This document shows, in pieces, positions 48,281 through 58,378 of a DNA stretch of 64,000 nucleotides. Below the pieces are notes generated by a model. It was not told where the DNA came from. It searched no databases and saw nothing but the letters and a program-made list of their open reading frames with translations. The first letter of the stretch is position 1; each line of letters starts with the position of its first letter. Source of the stretch: an uncultured Alistipes sp. (GTDB taxonomy: Bacteria > Bacteroidota > Bacteroidia > Bacteroidales > Rikenellaceae); contig CALUNE010000010.1 of the NCBI GenBank assembly GCA_944321945.1, positions 15,560 to 79,559 on the forward strand, given 5' to 3'. The translations under genes and the position numbers were made by a program.

Positions 48281-48952
48281 TCAGGGCTCGTACTTGTAGC
48301 CGACGCCCTTGACCGTGACGATGCGTTCGTCGCCGATCTTCTGACGCAGCTTACGGATGTGGACGTCGATCGTGCGGTCGCCCACGACCACCTCCGTGCC
48401 CCAGATCTTGGCGTAGATCTCCTCGCGCGGGATGAGCTTGCCCGGCGAGGAGTAGAGCAGGTCGAGCAGGGCGAACTCCTTGCGCGGAAGGCTGATCTCC
48501 TCGCCGTCGCGGATCACCATGTAGCGTTCGCGGTCGACGGTGATCCCCGGAGAGGAGCTCTTGGCGGGGGCCTCTTCGGCGTCGATGCGCTTGAGGATCG
48601 CCTGCACGCGGCTGACCAGCAGTTTCATCTTGATCGGCTTGGTCAGATAGTCGTCGGCCCCCACGCCGAAGCCGGCCAGCTGCTGCTCCTCCTCGCCCAG
48701 CGCCGAGAGGAAGACGACCATCGTATCCTTCAGTTCGGGGTTTTCGCGGATGGCGCGGCACGTCTGCGCACCGTCCATCACGGGCATCATCATGTCCAGC
48801 AGGATCAGATGCGGATGGCACTCGGCGGCCATCTTCAGCGCCTCGGCGCCGTTCTGGGCCGTGAAGACCTCGTAACCCTCGCGGACGAGGTTGTAACGGA
48901 CGAATTCGAGGATATCGACCTCGTCGTCCACCAGCAGGATGCGATGGCTCAT
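48281..48952 (-). CDS. OmpR/PhoB-family response regulator
   Basis: ILLVDDE, LLDMMMP, GADDYLTKP, RTIDVHIRKLR and TVKGVGY motifs. Confidence 0.94.
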   Translation of the reverse strand: MSHRILLVDDEVDILEFVRYNLVREGYEVFTAQNGAEALKMAAECHPHLILLDMMMPVMDGAQTCRAIRENPELKDTMVVFLSALGEEEQQLAGFGVGADDYLTKPIKMKLLVSRVQAILKRIDAEEAPAKSSSPGITVDRERYMVIRDGEEISLPRKEFALLDLLYSSPGKLIPREEIYAKIWGTEVVVGDRTIDVHIRKLRQKIGDERIVTVKGVGYKYEP

Positions 48953-49208
48953 TGTCGTCAGATTCTGGGACGGCGGTGCGGAATCCGCCGTCGGGTGGTT
49001 CATTTTGCGAAGTTACGAATTTTTTTCCGGAATGCCGCCGCTTTTTCCGACGGATCGGCTCTTCGCCGGGCAAGGATCGGGTATGCCGGGCCGGGTTCGG
49101 AGACTTGATGCAGGTTTTGTCAATTTCTTTTTCGGGTTCCGCATAAAATGGTTATATTTGCGAGATTTATGTACTCCCGCTTGTCGGGAAGCAAAAACCT
49201 CTACTGTG

Positions 49209-51482
49209 ATGGCTACTGAAAAATCGACACTTTCTGCTCCCGAGGAGCAAGTCAGCCCCCTGGCTGAAGATGCGCAGACGTCTCCCGCGGCAACTCCCGC
49301 GGCAACCTCCGAACATTCAGAATCCGCGGCTCCGGCCGATGCGGCAACTCCGTCGGTGACGGATGCCGGAGCGCCTGCCGGAACTCCGGCCCAAACCTCC
49401 GCCGAAGAGACTGCCGCAACCTCCGTTGAGGAGGCTCCGCTGGCGAGCCCCGAGACTGAAGCCGCTCCGGCCGGCGAAGCTGCCGCCGCCACCACGGAGC
49501 GCCCGGCCGATGAGGCGCAGACGGCCGTCGCAGAGGAGGAGACCCCGCGTCCCCGGCGTGTGCGGATCAAACCCGCTGCAGAACCCGTGTCGGATTTCGA
49601 CGAGGAGAGCGCTCCGGCTGATGTACGGGTCGATTTTGCCGATGAGGAGGCCGCTCTGGCCGCTCACGACGCCGGTCTCGAACTGGGCGACGAAACCGCC
49701 GAGGAGGCCGAAGCCGATCAGCTCGCCGGAGAGAAGAACACCGCCGAAGAGAAGTTCGCCGGAAAGAGCAAGGAGGAGCTGGTGGCACTGTTCGCTCGGA
49801 TGCTCGACGAGCAGCCCGTGCAGTCGATCCGCCGCGATGTCGAGGCCCTGAAGATCGCCTTCTACCGCATTCGTCGCGCCGAGGTCGAGGCCGCACGCCG
49901 CCGTTTCCTTGAGGAGGGCGGTGCCGAGGAGGATTTTGCACCCGCAGTCGACGGCGCGGAGATTCAGCTCAAGGAACTTTTCAAGGAGTACCGCCGTCGC
50001 CGCGACATCTTCATCGCCAACCTCGAGGCCGAGAAGGAGGCCAATCTCAAGGTCAAACAGCAGATCATCGAGGAGCTGAAGGAGCTGGTCAATTCCGACG
50101 AGACGCTCAACCATACCTTCACCAAGTTCCGCGAGCTCCAGCAGCGCTGGCGCGATACGGGTCCCGTTCCGCAGCAGTATATCAAGGATCTGTGGGAGAC
50201 CTACAACCTCCATGTCGAGAACTTCTACAACTTCATCAAGATCAACAAGGAGCTGCGCGATCTCGACCTGAAGAAGAACTACGAACAGAAGGTGGCCCTC
50301 TGCGAACAGGCCGAGGCGCTGCTGCTCGAGCCCTCGGTGGTCGAGGCCTTCCACAAGCTGCAGAAGCTCCACGACGAGTGGCGTGAGACGGGTCCCGTGG
50401 CCAACGAATACAAGGAGGCCCTTTGGGAGCGTTTCAAGGCCGCGTCGAGCCGCATCAACAAGCAGCATCAGGAGCATTTCGAGGCTCTGAAGGCCGAGCA
50501 GGTCAAGAACCTCGAACTCAAGACCGGACTCTGCGAGGCGACCGAAGAGCTGGCCTCGCAGCCGCTGACCACCCGCAAGGAGTGGAACCGCGCCAGCGAC
50601 AAGCTGCTCGAAATCCAGAAGACCTGGAAGACCATCGGCTTTGCCCCCAAGAAGGATAACAACCGCATCTACGAACGCTTCCGTACGGCCTGCGACAAGT
50701 TCTTCGAGGCCAAGCGCCAGTTCTACGCCGGGCTGAAGGCCGAGATGGAGCACAACCTGCAGCTGAAGAACGAAATCTGCGAAGCAGCCGAATCGCTCTC
50801 GGGCAGCGAGGACTGGAAGAAGACGACCGATGAACTGATCGCCCTCCAGGCCCGCTGGAAGCAGATCGGTGCCGTATCGCGCCGCCACTCCGAGGCGGTC
50901 TGGAAGCGTTTCCGCGCCGCCTGCGACAAGTTCTTCGAGCGTAAGGCCGCCCACTTCGCATCGGTCGACGGCGAATACGAGGAGAATCTCCGTCGCAAAC
51001 AGGCCCTGCTCGACGAGATGGCTGAGGCCGATGTCCGCACGGGCGGCTACGAGGTGATCCGCGACTTCCAGCGCCGCTGGAGCGAGATCGGATTTGTGCC
51101 CATCAAACAGAAGGATGCCATTCAGAAGCGATACAAGGCTGCCGTGGATCAGCTCTTCAACGTGCTGCGCGGCTCGGAACGCGACCGCTCGATGGGCCGC
51201 TTCCGCGAGAAGATCTCCTCGATGAAGGGTGCGGGCGACCGTCGCCTGCGTTCGGAGCGCGACCGCCTCTACAACAAGGTGCGTCAGCTCGAGCAGGAGA
51301 TCGGCCTGCTGGAGAACAATATCGGATTCTTCGCCAAGTCGAAAAACGCCGAAGCCCTTGTGGCTGACGTGCGTGCCAAGATCGAGCGGGCCCGCGAAGA
51401 GATGGCCGCCACGATCGAGAAGGTTCGTCTGATCGACCGTCAGGAGACCGAAGACAAGGACAGCAAGGACGGCAACGCCTGA
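49209..51482 (+). CDS. DUF349 domain protein with disordered N-terminus
   Basis: Repeated L...W...G.VP......W.RF..ACD.FF...N...K...C units; promoter TATATTTG at 49153-49160. Confidence 0.88.
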   Translation: MATEKSTLSAPEEQVSPLAEDAQTSPAATPAATSEHSESAAPADAATPSVTDAGAPAGTPAQTSAEETAATSVEEAPLASPETEAAPAGEAAAATTERPADEAQTAVAEEETPRPRRVRIKPAAEPVSDFDEESAPADVRVDFADEEAALAAHDAGLELGDETAEEAEADQLAGEKNTAEEKFAGKSKEELVALFARMLDEQPVQSIRRDVEALKIAFYRIRRAEVEAARRRFLEEGGAEEDFAPAVDGAEIQLKELFKEYRRRRDIFIANLEAEKEANLKVKQQIIEELKELVNSDETLNHTFTKFRELQQRWRDTGPVPQQYIKDLWETYNLHVENFYNFIKINKELRDLDLKKNYEQKVALCEQAEALLLEPSVVEAFHKLQKLHDEWRETGPVANEYKEALWERFKAASSRINKQHQEHFEALKAEQVKNLELKTGLCEATEELASQPLTTRKEWNRASDKLLEIQKTWKTIGFAPKKDNNRIYERFRTACDKFFEAKRQFYAGLKAEMEHNLQLKNEICEAAESLSGSEDWKKTTDELIALQARWKQIGAVSRRHSEAVWKRFRAACDKFFERKAAHFASVDGEYEENLRRKQALLDEMAEADVRTGGYEVIRDFQRRWSEIGFVPIKQKDAIQKRYKAAVDQLFNVLRGSERDRSMGRFREKISSMKGAGDRRLRSERDRLYNKVRQLEQEIGLLENNIGFFAKSKNAEALVADVRAKIERAREEMAATIEKVRLIDRQETEDKDSKDGNA

Positions 51483-51556
51483 TCCTTGTTGTCGGATTGC
51501 GAGCAGACCGATAAGCTCCTGCCGGCCCCTTTCCGCGGGAACCGGAAGTTCGGGCG

Positions 51557-51684
51557 GGGCGCACGAGCCGTCGGGCACACGAGAAGCCGGGCACACGAGA
51601 AGCCGGGTACACGAGAGGCGGGGTGCACGAGAAGCCGGGCGCATGAGAGGCCGGGTGCATGAGAGGCCGGGCGCACGAGACCGG
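51557..51684. repeat. 16-bp tandem repeat (8 units)
   Basis: GGG(C/T)(A/G)CA(C/T)GAGA(A/G)GCC consensus repeated head-to-tail. Confidence 0.92.
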
Positions 51685-51837
51685 ACCGGCGGTTACTCCG
51701 TTGAAGAAACAGGTGAGCAAATGTCCCGGAGTATCCCGTAACCTGATTTTCGCAATCCGAAGCCGGACTTCGTTGTAAGTTGAATTTTGAGAACAGACCA
51801 AAAAGACAAAAAACGACAGATCAAATCAAATAAAGGA

Positions 51838-53466
51838 ATGAAACTGACCAAACCCAAGTACATATTCGTGACGGGCGGTGTAGCATCTTCGCTCGGCAAG
51901 GGTATCATCTCCGCTTCGATCGCCCGGCTGTTGCAGGCCCGGGGCTATTCGGTGACCATTCAGAAGCTCGACCCCTACATCAACGTCGACCCCGGAACAC
52001 TCAACCCCTATGAGCACGGCGAGTGTTACGTTACGGAGGACGGTGCCGAAACCGACCTCGATCTCGGTCACTACGAGCGCTTCACGAATCATCCCACCTC
52101 GAAGGCCAACAACGTCACCACGGGCCGCATCTACAAGAGCGTCATCGAGAAGGAGCGCAAGGGCGAATACCTGGGCAAGACCGTGCAGGTGATTCCCCAC
52201 ATCACCGACGAGATCAAACGCCGCATCCAGCTCCTGGGACAGACCAAAAAGTACGATATCATCATCACCGAAATCGGCGGTACGGTGGGCGACATCGAGT
52301 CGCAGCCCTTCATCGAGTCGGTGCGTCAGCTCCGCTATTCGCTCGGATACAGGAACACGGCGCTGGTCCATCTGACGCTGATCCCCTACATGGCGGCTTC
52401 GGGCGAAATGAAGACCAAACCTACGCAGCATTCGGTCAAGGCGCTGCTCGAGAACGGACTTCAGCCCGATATCCTCGTTCTGCGTGCCGAACGCCCCCTG
52501 ACGACCGCTCTCAAACGCAAGGTGGCCCTCTTCTGCAATGTCGACGCCAATGCCGTCATGGAGTCGATCGATGTCCCGTCGATCTACGAAGTGCCGCTGA
52601 TGATGCACGCCCAGCACCTCGACGAGGTGGTGCTCGACAAACTGAACCTCCCGGCCGACAAGGAGCCCGACATGACCGCCTGGCGCGCCTTTGTCGAGAA
52701 GGTGATGCACCCCTCGAAGAAGATCGACATCGCGCTGGTGGGCAAATACACCGAACTCCACGACGCCTACAAGTCGATCAGCGAATCGTTCATCCATGCC
52801 GGCGCCGTCAACGACTGCCATGTCAAGCTCCACTACGTCAATTCGGAGAAGATCACCCCGGAGAATGTCGCCGCACAGCTGGGCAAGATGGCCGGTATTC
52901 TCGTAGCCCCCGGATTCGGCAACCGCGGTATCGAGGGCAAAATCGAAGCCGTACGTTTCGCCCGTGAGAACCGCATTCCGTTCCTGGGTATCTGCCTCGG
53001 CATGCAGTGCGCCGTGATCGAGTTCGCGCGCGACGTCCTGGGTATCGCCGATGCCAACTCCAGCGAAATGGAGCAGACGGCACATCCGGTCATCGACCTG
53101 ATGGAGGAGCAGAAGGGCGTGACGGCCAAGGGCGGAACGATGCGTCTGGGCGCCTATCCCTGCGTGCTGCGCAAGGGCTCGAAGGTGGCCGCCGCCTACG
53201 GCAAACTCAATATCTCGGAGCGTCACCGCCACCGTTACGAGTTCAACAACGACTATCTCGAGCGTTTCGAGGCCGCCGGCATGAAGGCCGTGGGCATAAA
53301 CCCCGATACGAATCTGGTCGAGGTGGTCGAGATCGAGGATCATCCCTGGTTCGTCGGCACGCAGTACCACCCCGAATACAAGAGTACCGTCGAGAGTCCG
53401 TCGCCGCTCTTCGTGGCCTTCGTCAAGGCCGCCCTCGAGTACGACGAGGAGAAGAAAAAGAAGTAA
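51838..53466 (+). CDS. pyrG: CTP synthase
   Basis: [37 protein letters not shown] and QYHPE motifs. Confidence 0.98.
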   Translation: MKLTKPKYIFVTGGVASSLGKGIISASIARLLQARGYSVTIQKLDPYINVDPGTLNPYEHGECYVTEDGAETDLDLGHYERFTNHPTSKANNVTTGRIYKSVIEKERKGEYLGKTVQVIPHITDEIKRRIQLLGQTKKYDIIITEIGGTVGDIESQPFIESVRQLRYSLGYRNTALVHLTLIPYMAASGEMKTKPTQHSVKALLENGLQPDILVLRAERPLTTALKRKVALFCNVDANAVMESIDVPSIYEVPLMMHAQHLDEVVLDKLNLPADKEPDMTAWRAFVEKVMHPSKKIDIALVGKYTELHDAYKSISESFIHAGAVNDCHVKLHYVNSEKITPENVAAQLGKMAGILVAPGFGNRGIEGKIEAVRFARENRIPFLGICLGMQCAVIEFARDVLGIADANSSEMEQTAHPVIDLMEEQKGVTAKGGTMRLGAYPCVLRKGSKVAAAYGKLNISERHRHRYEFNNDYLERFEAAGMKAVGINPDTNLVEVVEIEDHPWFVGTQYHPEYKSTVESPSPLFVAFVKAALEYDEEKKKK

Positions 53467-53535
53467 CGGACCTCGCCCGGATGATCGAAACTTCCCCGAA
53501 ACTATCACTCACTGAAAACAAGCAACAACGTTTGA

Positions 53536-55482
53536 ATGGATAAGAAATCGTTTATCGGTATTGGTGTCGTAGCGCTCCTCTTCATCGGATTCGCCTACTT
53601 CAGCAGTAAGGATCAGCAGAAACAACAGCAGCGGCAGGCAATCTATGACGCCTACGTGGATTCGCTGGCACGGGTCTCGCACGCCGCCGAGGCGGCCGAT
53701 TCGGTGGCCGGATCGGAGGCCGTATGGGCGGATTCGCTCACGGCCGATTCGCTGGCCGCCGCGGCGCATCAGCGTCAGGTCGAGACGCTGGGCGAGGCCC
53801 TGACCCGGGCCCGCGAGGCACAGCCCGAAGAGTTCACGGTCGAAAACGACCTGCTCTCGATCCGCTTCTCGACGCTCGGCGGTCAGGTCAAGGGTGTCAC
53901 GCTGAAGGATTACACCAAGTATGCTCCGCGCGACGAACGCAACCAGCCTGTCGAACTGATGGATCCCGCCACGTCGCGCTTCGGACTGTCGTTCTACGTC
54001 AAGAACGGGCTGCGCAATGTCCCGGTCAACACGCTTGACTATGTCTTCGAGGCCGATCCGGTCACGACCGCAGCCGACGGAGCCAAACAGGTGGTCATGC
54101 GTCTGCGCATGGACGAATCGTCGGCCCTGGAGTATCGATACCTTATATATGATACGAAGAGCCCCGAGCGCGACTATCTGGTGGATTTCGACGTGCAGAT
54201 GGTCGACATGGCCCGCGCCATGGCCAACCAGACCCAGATCCTGATCGACTGGACGAACGACACCTATCAGAACGAACGCGGCTTCCAGAACGAGAACATG
54301 TACACGACGCTGGCCTACCGCTTCCCGGGCGAAAGCTCGATCGAGGAGTTGGGCATGAGCGAAAAATCGAAATCGAAGGAGGTCTCGTCCCAGGTCAACT
54401 GGGTGGCCTTCAAGCAGCAGTTCTTCTCGTCGGTCTTCATCGCCCCCGAAAATGTCACCTATGCCAACATGGCCTTCACGACGGCTGCTCCCGAATCGGA
54501 TCTGCTGAAGAGTTTCTCGGCGCAGATGGCCGTGCCCTACACGCCGCAGACGGAAAGTTACGACTTCGCCTTCTATTTCGGCCCGAACAAGTACTCGATC
54601 CTCAAGAAGGTCGAATTCCCGGCGGGTGAGGATATCCACCTGGAGCGTCTCGTGCCGCTGGGCTGGGGAATCTTCGGATGGGTCAACCGCTGGTGCGTGA
54701 TCCCGGTCTTCGACTTCCTGCGCAACTACATCTCGAATTTCGGCATCATCATCCTGATTCTGGTTATCCTGGTCAAACTGGTGATCTTCCCGTTGACCTA
54801 CAAGAGCTACGTCTCGATGGCCAAGATGCGGCTGATCAAGCCCCAGGTCGACGAGCTGAACAAGAAGTATCCCAAACAGGAGGATGCCATGAAGCGTCAG
54901 CAGGCTACGATGGAGCTCTACAAGAAGGCCGGCATCAACCCCATGGGAGGATGTATTCCGATGCTGATCCAGCTGCCGATTCTGATTGCCATGTTCCGCT
55001 TCTTCCCGGCGTCGATCGAGTTGCGCGAGCAGCCGTTCCTGTGGGCCGACGACCTCTCGTCGTATGACAGCGTGCTGAATCTGCCCTTCTCGATCCCGTT
55101 CTACGGCGATCATGTCTCGCTGTTCGCCCTGTTGATGGCCATCTCGCTCTTCGGCTATTCGTGGTACAACTACCAGCAGACGGCTTCGTCGCAGCCCCAG
55201 ATGGCCGGCATGAAGTTCATGATGGTCTATCTGATGCCGTTGATGATGCTTTTCTGGTTCAACAGCTATTCGAGCGGTCTGTGCTACTACTACCTTCTCT
55301 CGAACCTCTTCACCATCGGTCAGACGCTTGTCATCCGCCGTATGGTCGACGACGAGAAGATTCATGCCATCATGCAGGCCAATGCCGCCCGGAAGTCGAA
55401 CGGCAAGAAATCGAAGTTCCAGCAGCGTTACGAAGAGCTGCTCCGTCAGCAGGAGGCTCAGCAGCGTGCCAAGCGCAAGTAA
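53536..55482 (+). CDS. yidC: Membrane protein insertase YidC
   Basis: N-terminal TM, periplasmic domain, SMAKMR, NPMGGCIPMLIQLP and FLWADDLS motifs. Confidence 0.96.
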   Translation: MDKKSFIGIGVVALLFIGFAYFSSKDQQKQQQRQAIYDAYVDSLARVSHAAEAADSVAGSEAVWADSLTADSLAAAAHQRQVETLGEALTRAREAQPEEFTVENDLLSIRFSTLGGQVKGVTLKDYTKYAPRDERNQPVELMDPATSRFGLSFYVKNGLRNVPVNTLDYVFEADPVTTAADGAKQVVMRLRMDESSALEYRYLIYDTKSPERDYLVDFDVQMVDMARAMANQTQILIDWTNDTYQNERGFQNENMYTTLAYRFPGESSIEELGMSEKSKSKEVSSQVNWVAFKQQFFSSVFIAPENVTYANMAFTTAAPESDLLKSFSAQMAVPYTPQTESYDFAFYFGPNKYSILKKVEFPAGEDIHLERLVPLGWGIFGWVNRWCVIPVFDFLRNYISNFGIIILILVILVKLVIFPLTYKSYVSMAKMRLIKPQVDELNKKYPKQEDAMKRQQATMELYKKAGINPMGGCIPMLIQLPILIAMFRFFPASIELREQPFLWADDLSSYDSVLNLPFSIPFYGDHVSLFALLMAISLFGYSWYNYQQTASSQPQMAGMKFMMVYLMPLMMLFWFNSYSSGLCYYYLLSNLFTIGQTLVIRRMVDDEKIHAIMQANAARKSNGKKSKFQQRYEELLRQQEAQQRAKRK

Positions 55483-55569
55483 CGGACGTTGAGGCGGCAT
55501 CCGATCGGACTGGCGACGGATCCGCATGGTGTCTCGGGCCGCTGGTTGAGACTGGCGGACGAGAGGATG

Positions 55570-55604
55570 AAAAAAGGCCCTTCCCGATCGGGAAGGGCCA
55601 TTTT
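55570..55604. terminator. Bidirectional intrinsic terminator
   Basis: AAAAAAGGCCCTTCCC-GATC-GGGAAGGGCC-ATTTT. Confidence 0.85.
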
Positions 55605-55690
55605 GGTTGGGAGCCCGGGCAGAAAGGCGGCAGTCGTCTGAGGACCGGAAGGAGGCGATGCGGTGCCGGGGCGTCTCTGTGCCGACCCGC

Positions 55691-56536
55691 TTATTGGCCG
55701 AACCCGATCGAGAAGAAGGTCAGCGCATCGGGAAGCACCGTCTGCCAGTAGCGCCACGAATGGATTCCGTCTCGCATCCGGTACTGAACCGGGATGTTGT
55801 GCTCGCGCATGAGCGCATAGAAGTCCACGTTGCTTTTCCAGAGGAAGTCGTCGTCGCCGCAGTCTACCCACCAGCGGACCGTGCGCACGGCTTCCAGTTG
55901 TTTGTCGGACATGTTGCGCAGCAGGGCTACCGGCGAATTCTCCACCACGGAGCGCATGAAGGCGTTGTCATAGTCGCGCGGCCCCGGGAAGAGATCGAGC
56001 AGACCGCTCATCGAGCAGGCCGATCCGAAGAGTTCGGGGTGATGCAGTGCATAGGCGGCCGTACCGCCTCCGCCCATCGAGAGGCCGGCAATGGCACGAT
56101 GCTGTTTGTCGGCCAGGATCCGGTAGCGGCGTTCGATCTGGGGCATGAACTCCTCGAAGAAGAAGCGTTCGTAGGGCCACCCTTCGACATCGAAATAGCC
56201 CATGTGTTCTCCGGTGTGGCGTTCGCCCTCACCCGAGGCATCGGGCATGACGATCACCATCGGCGAGGCCAGTCCCGCAGCGATCGCTTCGTCGGTGATC
56301 TGACGCATGTTGCCCTTTTCTGTCCAGGCCGTGTAGGTATCGCTGGCACCGTGCAGCAGGTAGAGTATCGGATAACGGCGATCCGTGTCGCGGTCGTAGC
56401 CGTCGGGCAGGTAGACCATGCAGGTCTTCTCCGCGCCGAGCAGACGGCTGGGGATCGTCACGGTTTCCAGACGGCTTTGGGCCGTCAGCGGGGCGGCGAG
56501 GCTTACCATCGCCGCAAGCATCAGCAGACGTTTCAT
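55691..56536 (-). CDS. Exported alpha/beta-hydrolase esterase (CE1-like)
   Basis: Signal peptide; YLLHG, GLSMGG nucleophile, DCGDDD and G.HSW.YW motifs. Confidence 0.9.
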   Translation of the reverse strand: MKRLLMLAAMVSLAAPLTAQSRLETVTIPSRLLGAEKTCMVYLPDGYDRDTDRRYPILYLLHGASDTYTAWTEKGNMRQITDEAIAAGLASPMVIVMPDASGEGERHTGEHMGYFDVEGWPYERFFFEEFMPQIERRYRILADKQHRAIAGLSMGGGGTAAYALHHPELFGSACSMSGLLDLFPGPRDYDNAFMRSVVENSPVALLRNMSDKQLEAVRTVRWWVDCGDDDFLWKSNVDFYALMREHNIPVQYRMRDGIHSWRYWQTVLPDALTFFSIGFGQ

Positions 56537-56558
56537 GTTGGGCTGTATTTAGGTTGTG

Positions 56559-57758
56559 CTATTCGACGTAGAGAACCAGCCCTTTGAGGTATTCGCCTTC
56601 GGGGTGATAGATGTTGATCGGATGGTCGGCCGGCTGGGTCAGCTGGTGCAGGATCCGGACCTTACGCCCGGCGATGGCCGCTGCCGAGAAGACCGTCGTG
56701 CGGAACAGCTCCTTCGATACGGCCTGTGAGCACGAAAAGGTAAAGAGAATGCCTCCCGGGCGGATCTGCGACAGGGCCCGTGCATTGAGCCGCTTGTAAC
56801 CCTGCATGGCGTTGCTCAGCACCTTGTGGTGTTTGGCGAAGGCCGGCGGGTCGAGGATGATCAGATCGTAGCGGTCGCCGATCTGCTTGAGGTACTCGAC
56901 GGCATCGGCCGCGAGTTCCGTATGGTTGTCCGTTTGGCCGAAGTTCAGCCGCATGTTCTCCGTCGCCAGCTCCACGGCCCGCTCCGACGAATCGACCGAA
57001 ACCACCTCGCGGGCTCCGCCCGAGAGGGCGTAGACCGAGAATCCGCCCGTGTAGCAGAACGTATTGAGGACCGTGCGGCCCTTGGCATAGCGTTTGACGA
57101 GTTCGCGATTTTCGCGCTGATCGAGGAAGAAGCCCGTCTTCTGGCCCTCCTCCCAGTTGACGAGGAACTGTTCGCCGTTTTCGAGCACCACCTGCGAGGC
57201 ACATTCGGCATGGCCCCACAGATAGCCGTCGACGGCCCCCAGATTGGCCTTGAAGGGGAGTGTCTGCGACGATTTGTCGTAGATGGCCGACAGGCGGTCG
57301 CCGTAGGCCGTGCGCAGCGCCTCGGCAATCTCCATGCGCGAGCGGTACATGCCCACCGAGTGGCACTGGATGACGGCCGTCGAGCCGTAGAGGTCCACCA
57401 CCAGTCCCGGCAGTGAATCGCCTTCCCCGTGAATCAGCCGGTAGCAGGTCGTGCGGGGATTGTCCGTCAGCCCGAGTGCCTGGCGTACGTCGCGGGCCAC
57501 GGCCACACGGCGGTTCCACCACGCCTGATCGATCGGTTCGCGGTCGAACGACAGCACCCGTACGGCGATCGATCCGACCTGGTAGTGTCCCTGGGCGATG
57601 AATTCGCCCGAGTGGGTGTAGACTTCGACCAGCGCGCCCTCCGCGAAATCCTCCTCCTCTTCGGCCCGGATGTGATCGATGGCCCCCGAGAAGATCCAGG
57701 GGTGGCGGCGCAGGAGCGACTCCTCCTTGCCTTTGCGCAGAATGACTTGTGGTATCAT
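56559..57758 (-). CDS. rlmI: RlmI-type 23S rRNA m5C methyltransferase
   Basis: RRHPWIFSG, GEGDSLPGL, GQKTGFFLDQRENR, DPPAFAK, FSCS and YLKGL motifs; ATG at 57758. Confidence 0.9.
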   Translation of the reverse strand: MIPQVILRKGKEESLLRRHPWIFSGAIDHIRAEEEEDFAEGALVEVYTHSGEFIAQGHYQVGSIAVRVLSFDREPIDQAWWNRRVAVARDVRQALGLTDNPRTTCYRLIHGEGDSLPGLVVDLYGSTAVIQCHSVGMYRSRMEIAEALRTAYGDRLSAIYDKSSQTLPFKANLGAVDGYLWGHAECASQVVLENGEQFLVNWEEGQKTGFFLDQRENRELVKRYAKGRTVLNTFCYTGGFSVYALSGGAREVVSVDSSERAVELATENMRLNFGQTDNHTELAADAVEYLKQIGDRYDLIILDPPAFAKHHKVLSNAMQGYKRLNARALSQIRPGGILFTFSCSQAVSKELFRTTVFSAAAIAGRKVRILHQLTQPADHPINIYHPEGEYLKGLVLYVE

Positions 57759-58363
57759 GGACGTAACGGTTTTTTCGGGGTGCGGAGCAGTGTTTCGTAG
57801 ATGCGGATGCAGACCCAGGCATCCGTAGCGGCGTAGAGCTGCTGTTTGTCGGTCAATGTTGTGGCCTCCCAGTTGCTCAGCCGCTGGGCCTTCGAGACGC
57901 GCTGTCCGAGTACGATGGCCGAGAGTTTGCGCAGGCTCTTTTCGCCGATGCCCCACTGCGGGGCGATCGACTGCAGATCGATGAAGCCCGCGTCGCGGAA
58001 GTGGCGGATCTGGTGCAGCGAGCGCAGGTCGCCGGCCACGTCGGCGCCGATCTTCATCACCTGTTTGTTCTCCAGCAGCTGGATGATGGGTTTGGCCAGC
58101 GGGATTTTGTTCAGCCGGAAGAGGTAGCAGACCCGGGGGGTCGAGAGTTGCAGAAGCGATACGCGGAACGTTACGCCCGGACGGAACGAGGGGCGGGTTT
58201 CGGTATCGAATCCGATCATGGGTTCGGCGGCGAGGATTTTGCAGGCCTCGGCGATGTCGCGTTCCTGATCGATGATGCGGATCTCGCCTCCGAACTCGAT
58301 GGCCGGAAGGCTGGCTGCATCCTCATTGCTGATTTTGTCCGTAAAATTGTTGACTGTGGTCAT
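57755..58363 (-). CDS. DEDDy 3'-5' exonuclease (WRN/RNase D-like)
   Basis: GFDTETRP, LLQL, SNWE...L...QQLYAATDA motifs. Confidence 0.92.
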   Translation of the reverse strand: MTTVNNFTDKISNEDAASLPAIEFGGEIRIIDQERDIAEACKILAAEPMIGFDTETRPSFRPGVTFRVSLLQLSTPRVCYLFRLNKIPLAKPIIQLLENKQVMKIGADVAGDLRSLHQIRHFRDAGFIDLQSIAPQWGIGEKSLRKLSAIVLGQRVSKAQRLSNWEATTLTDKQQLYAATDAWVCIRIYETLLRTPKKPLRP

Positions 58364-58378
58364 AATGTTAGGGCAAAA

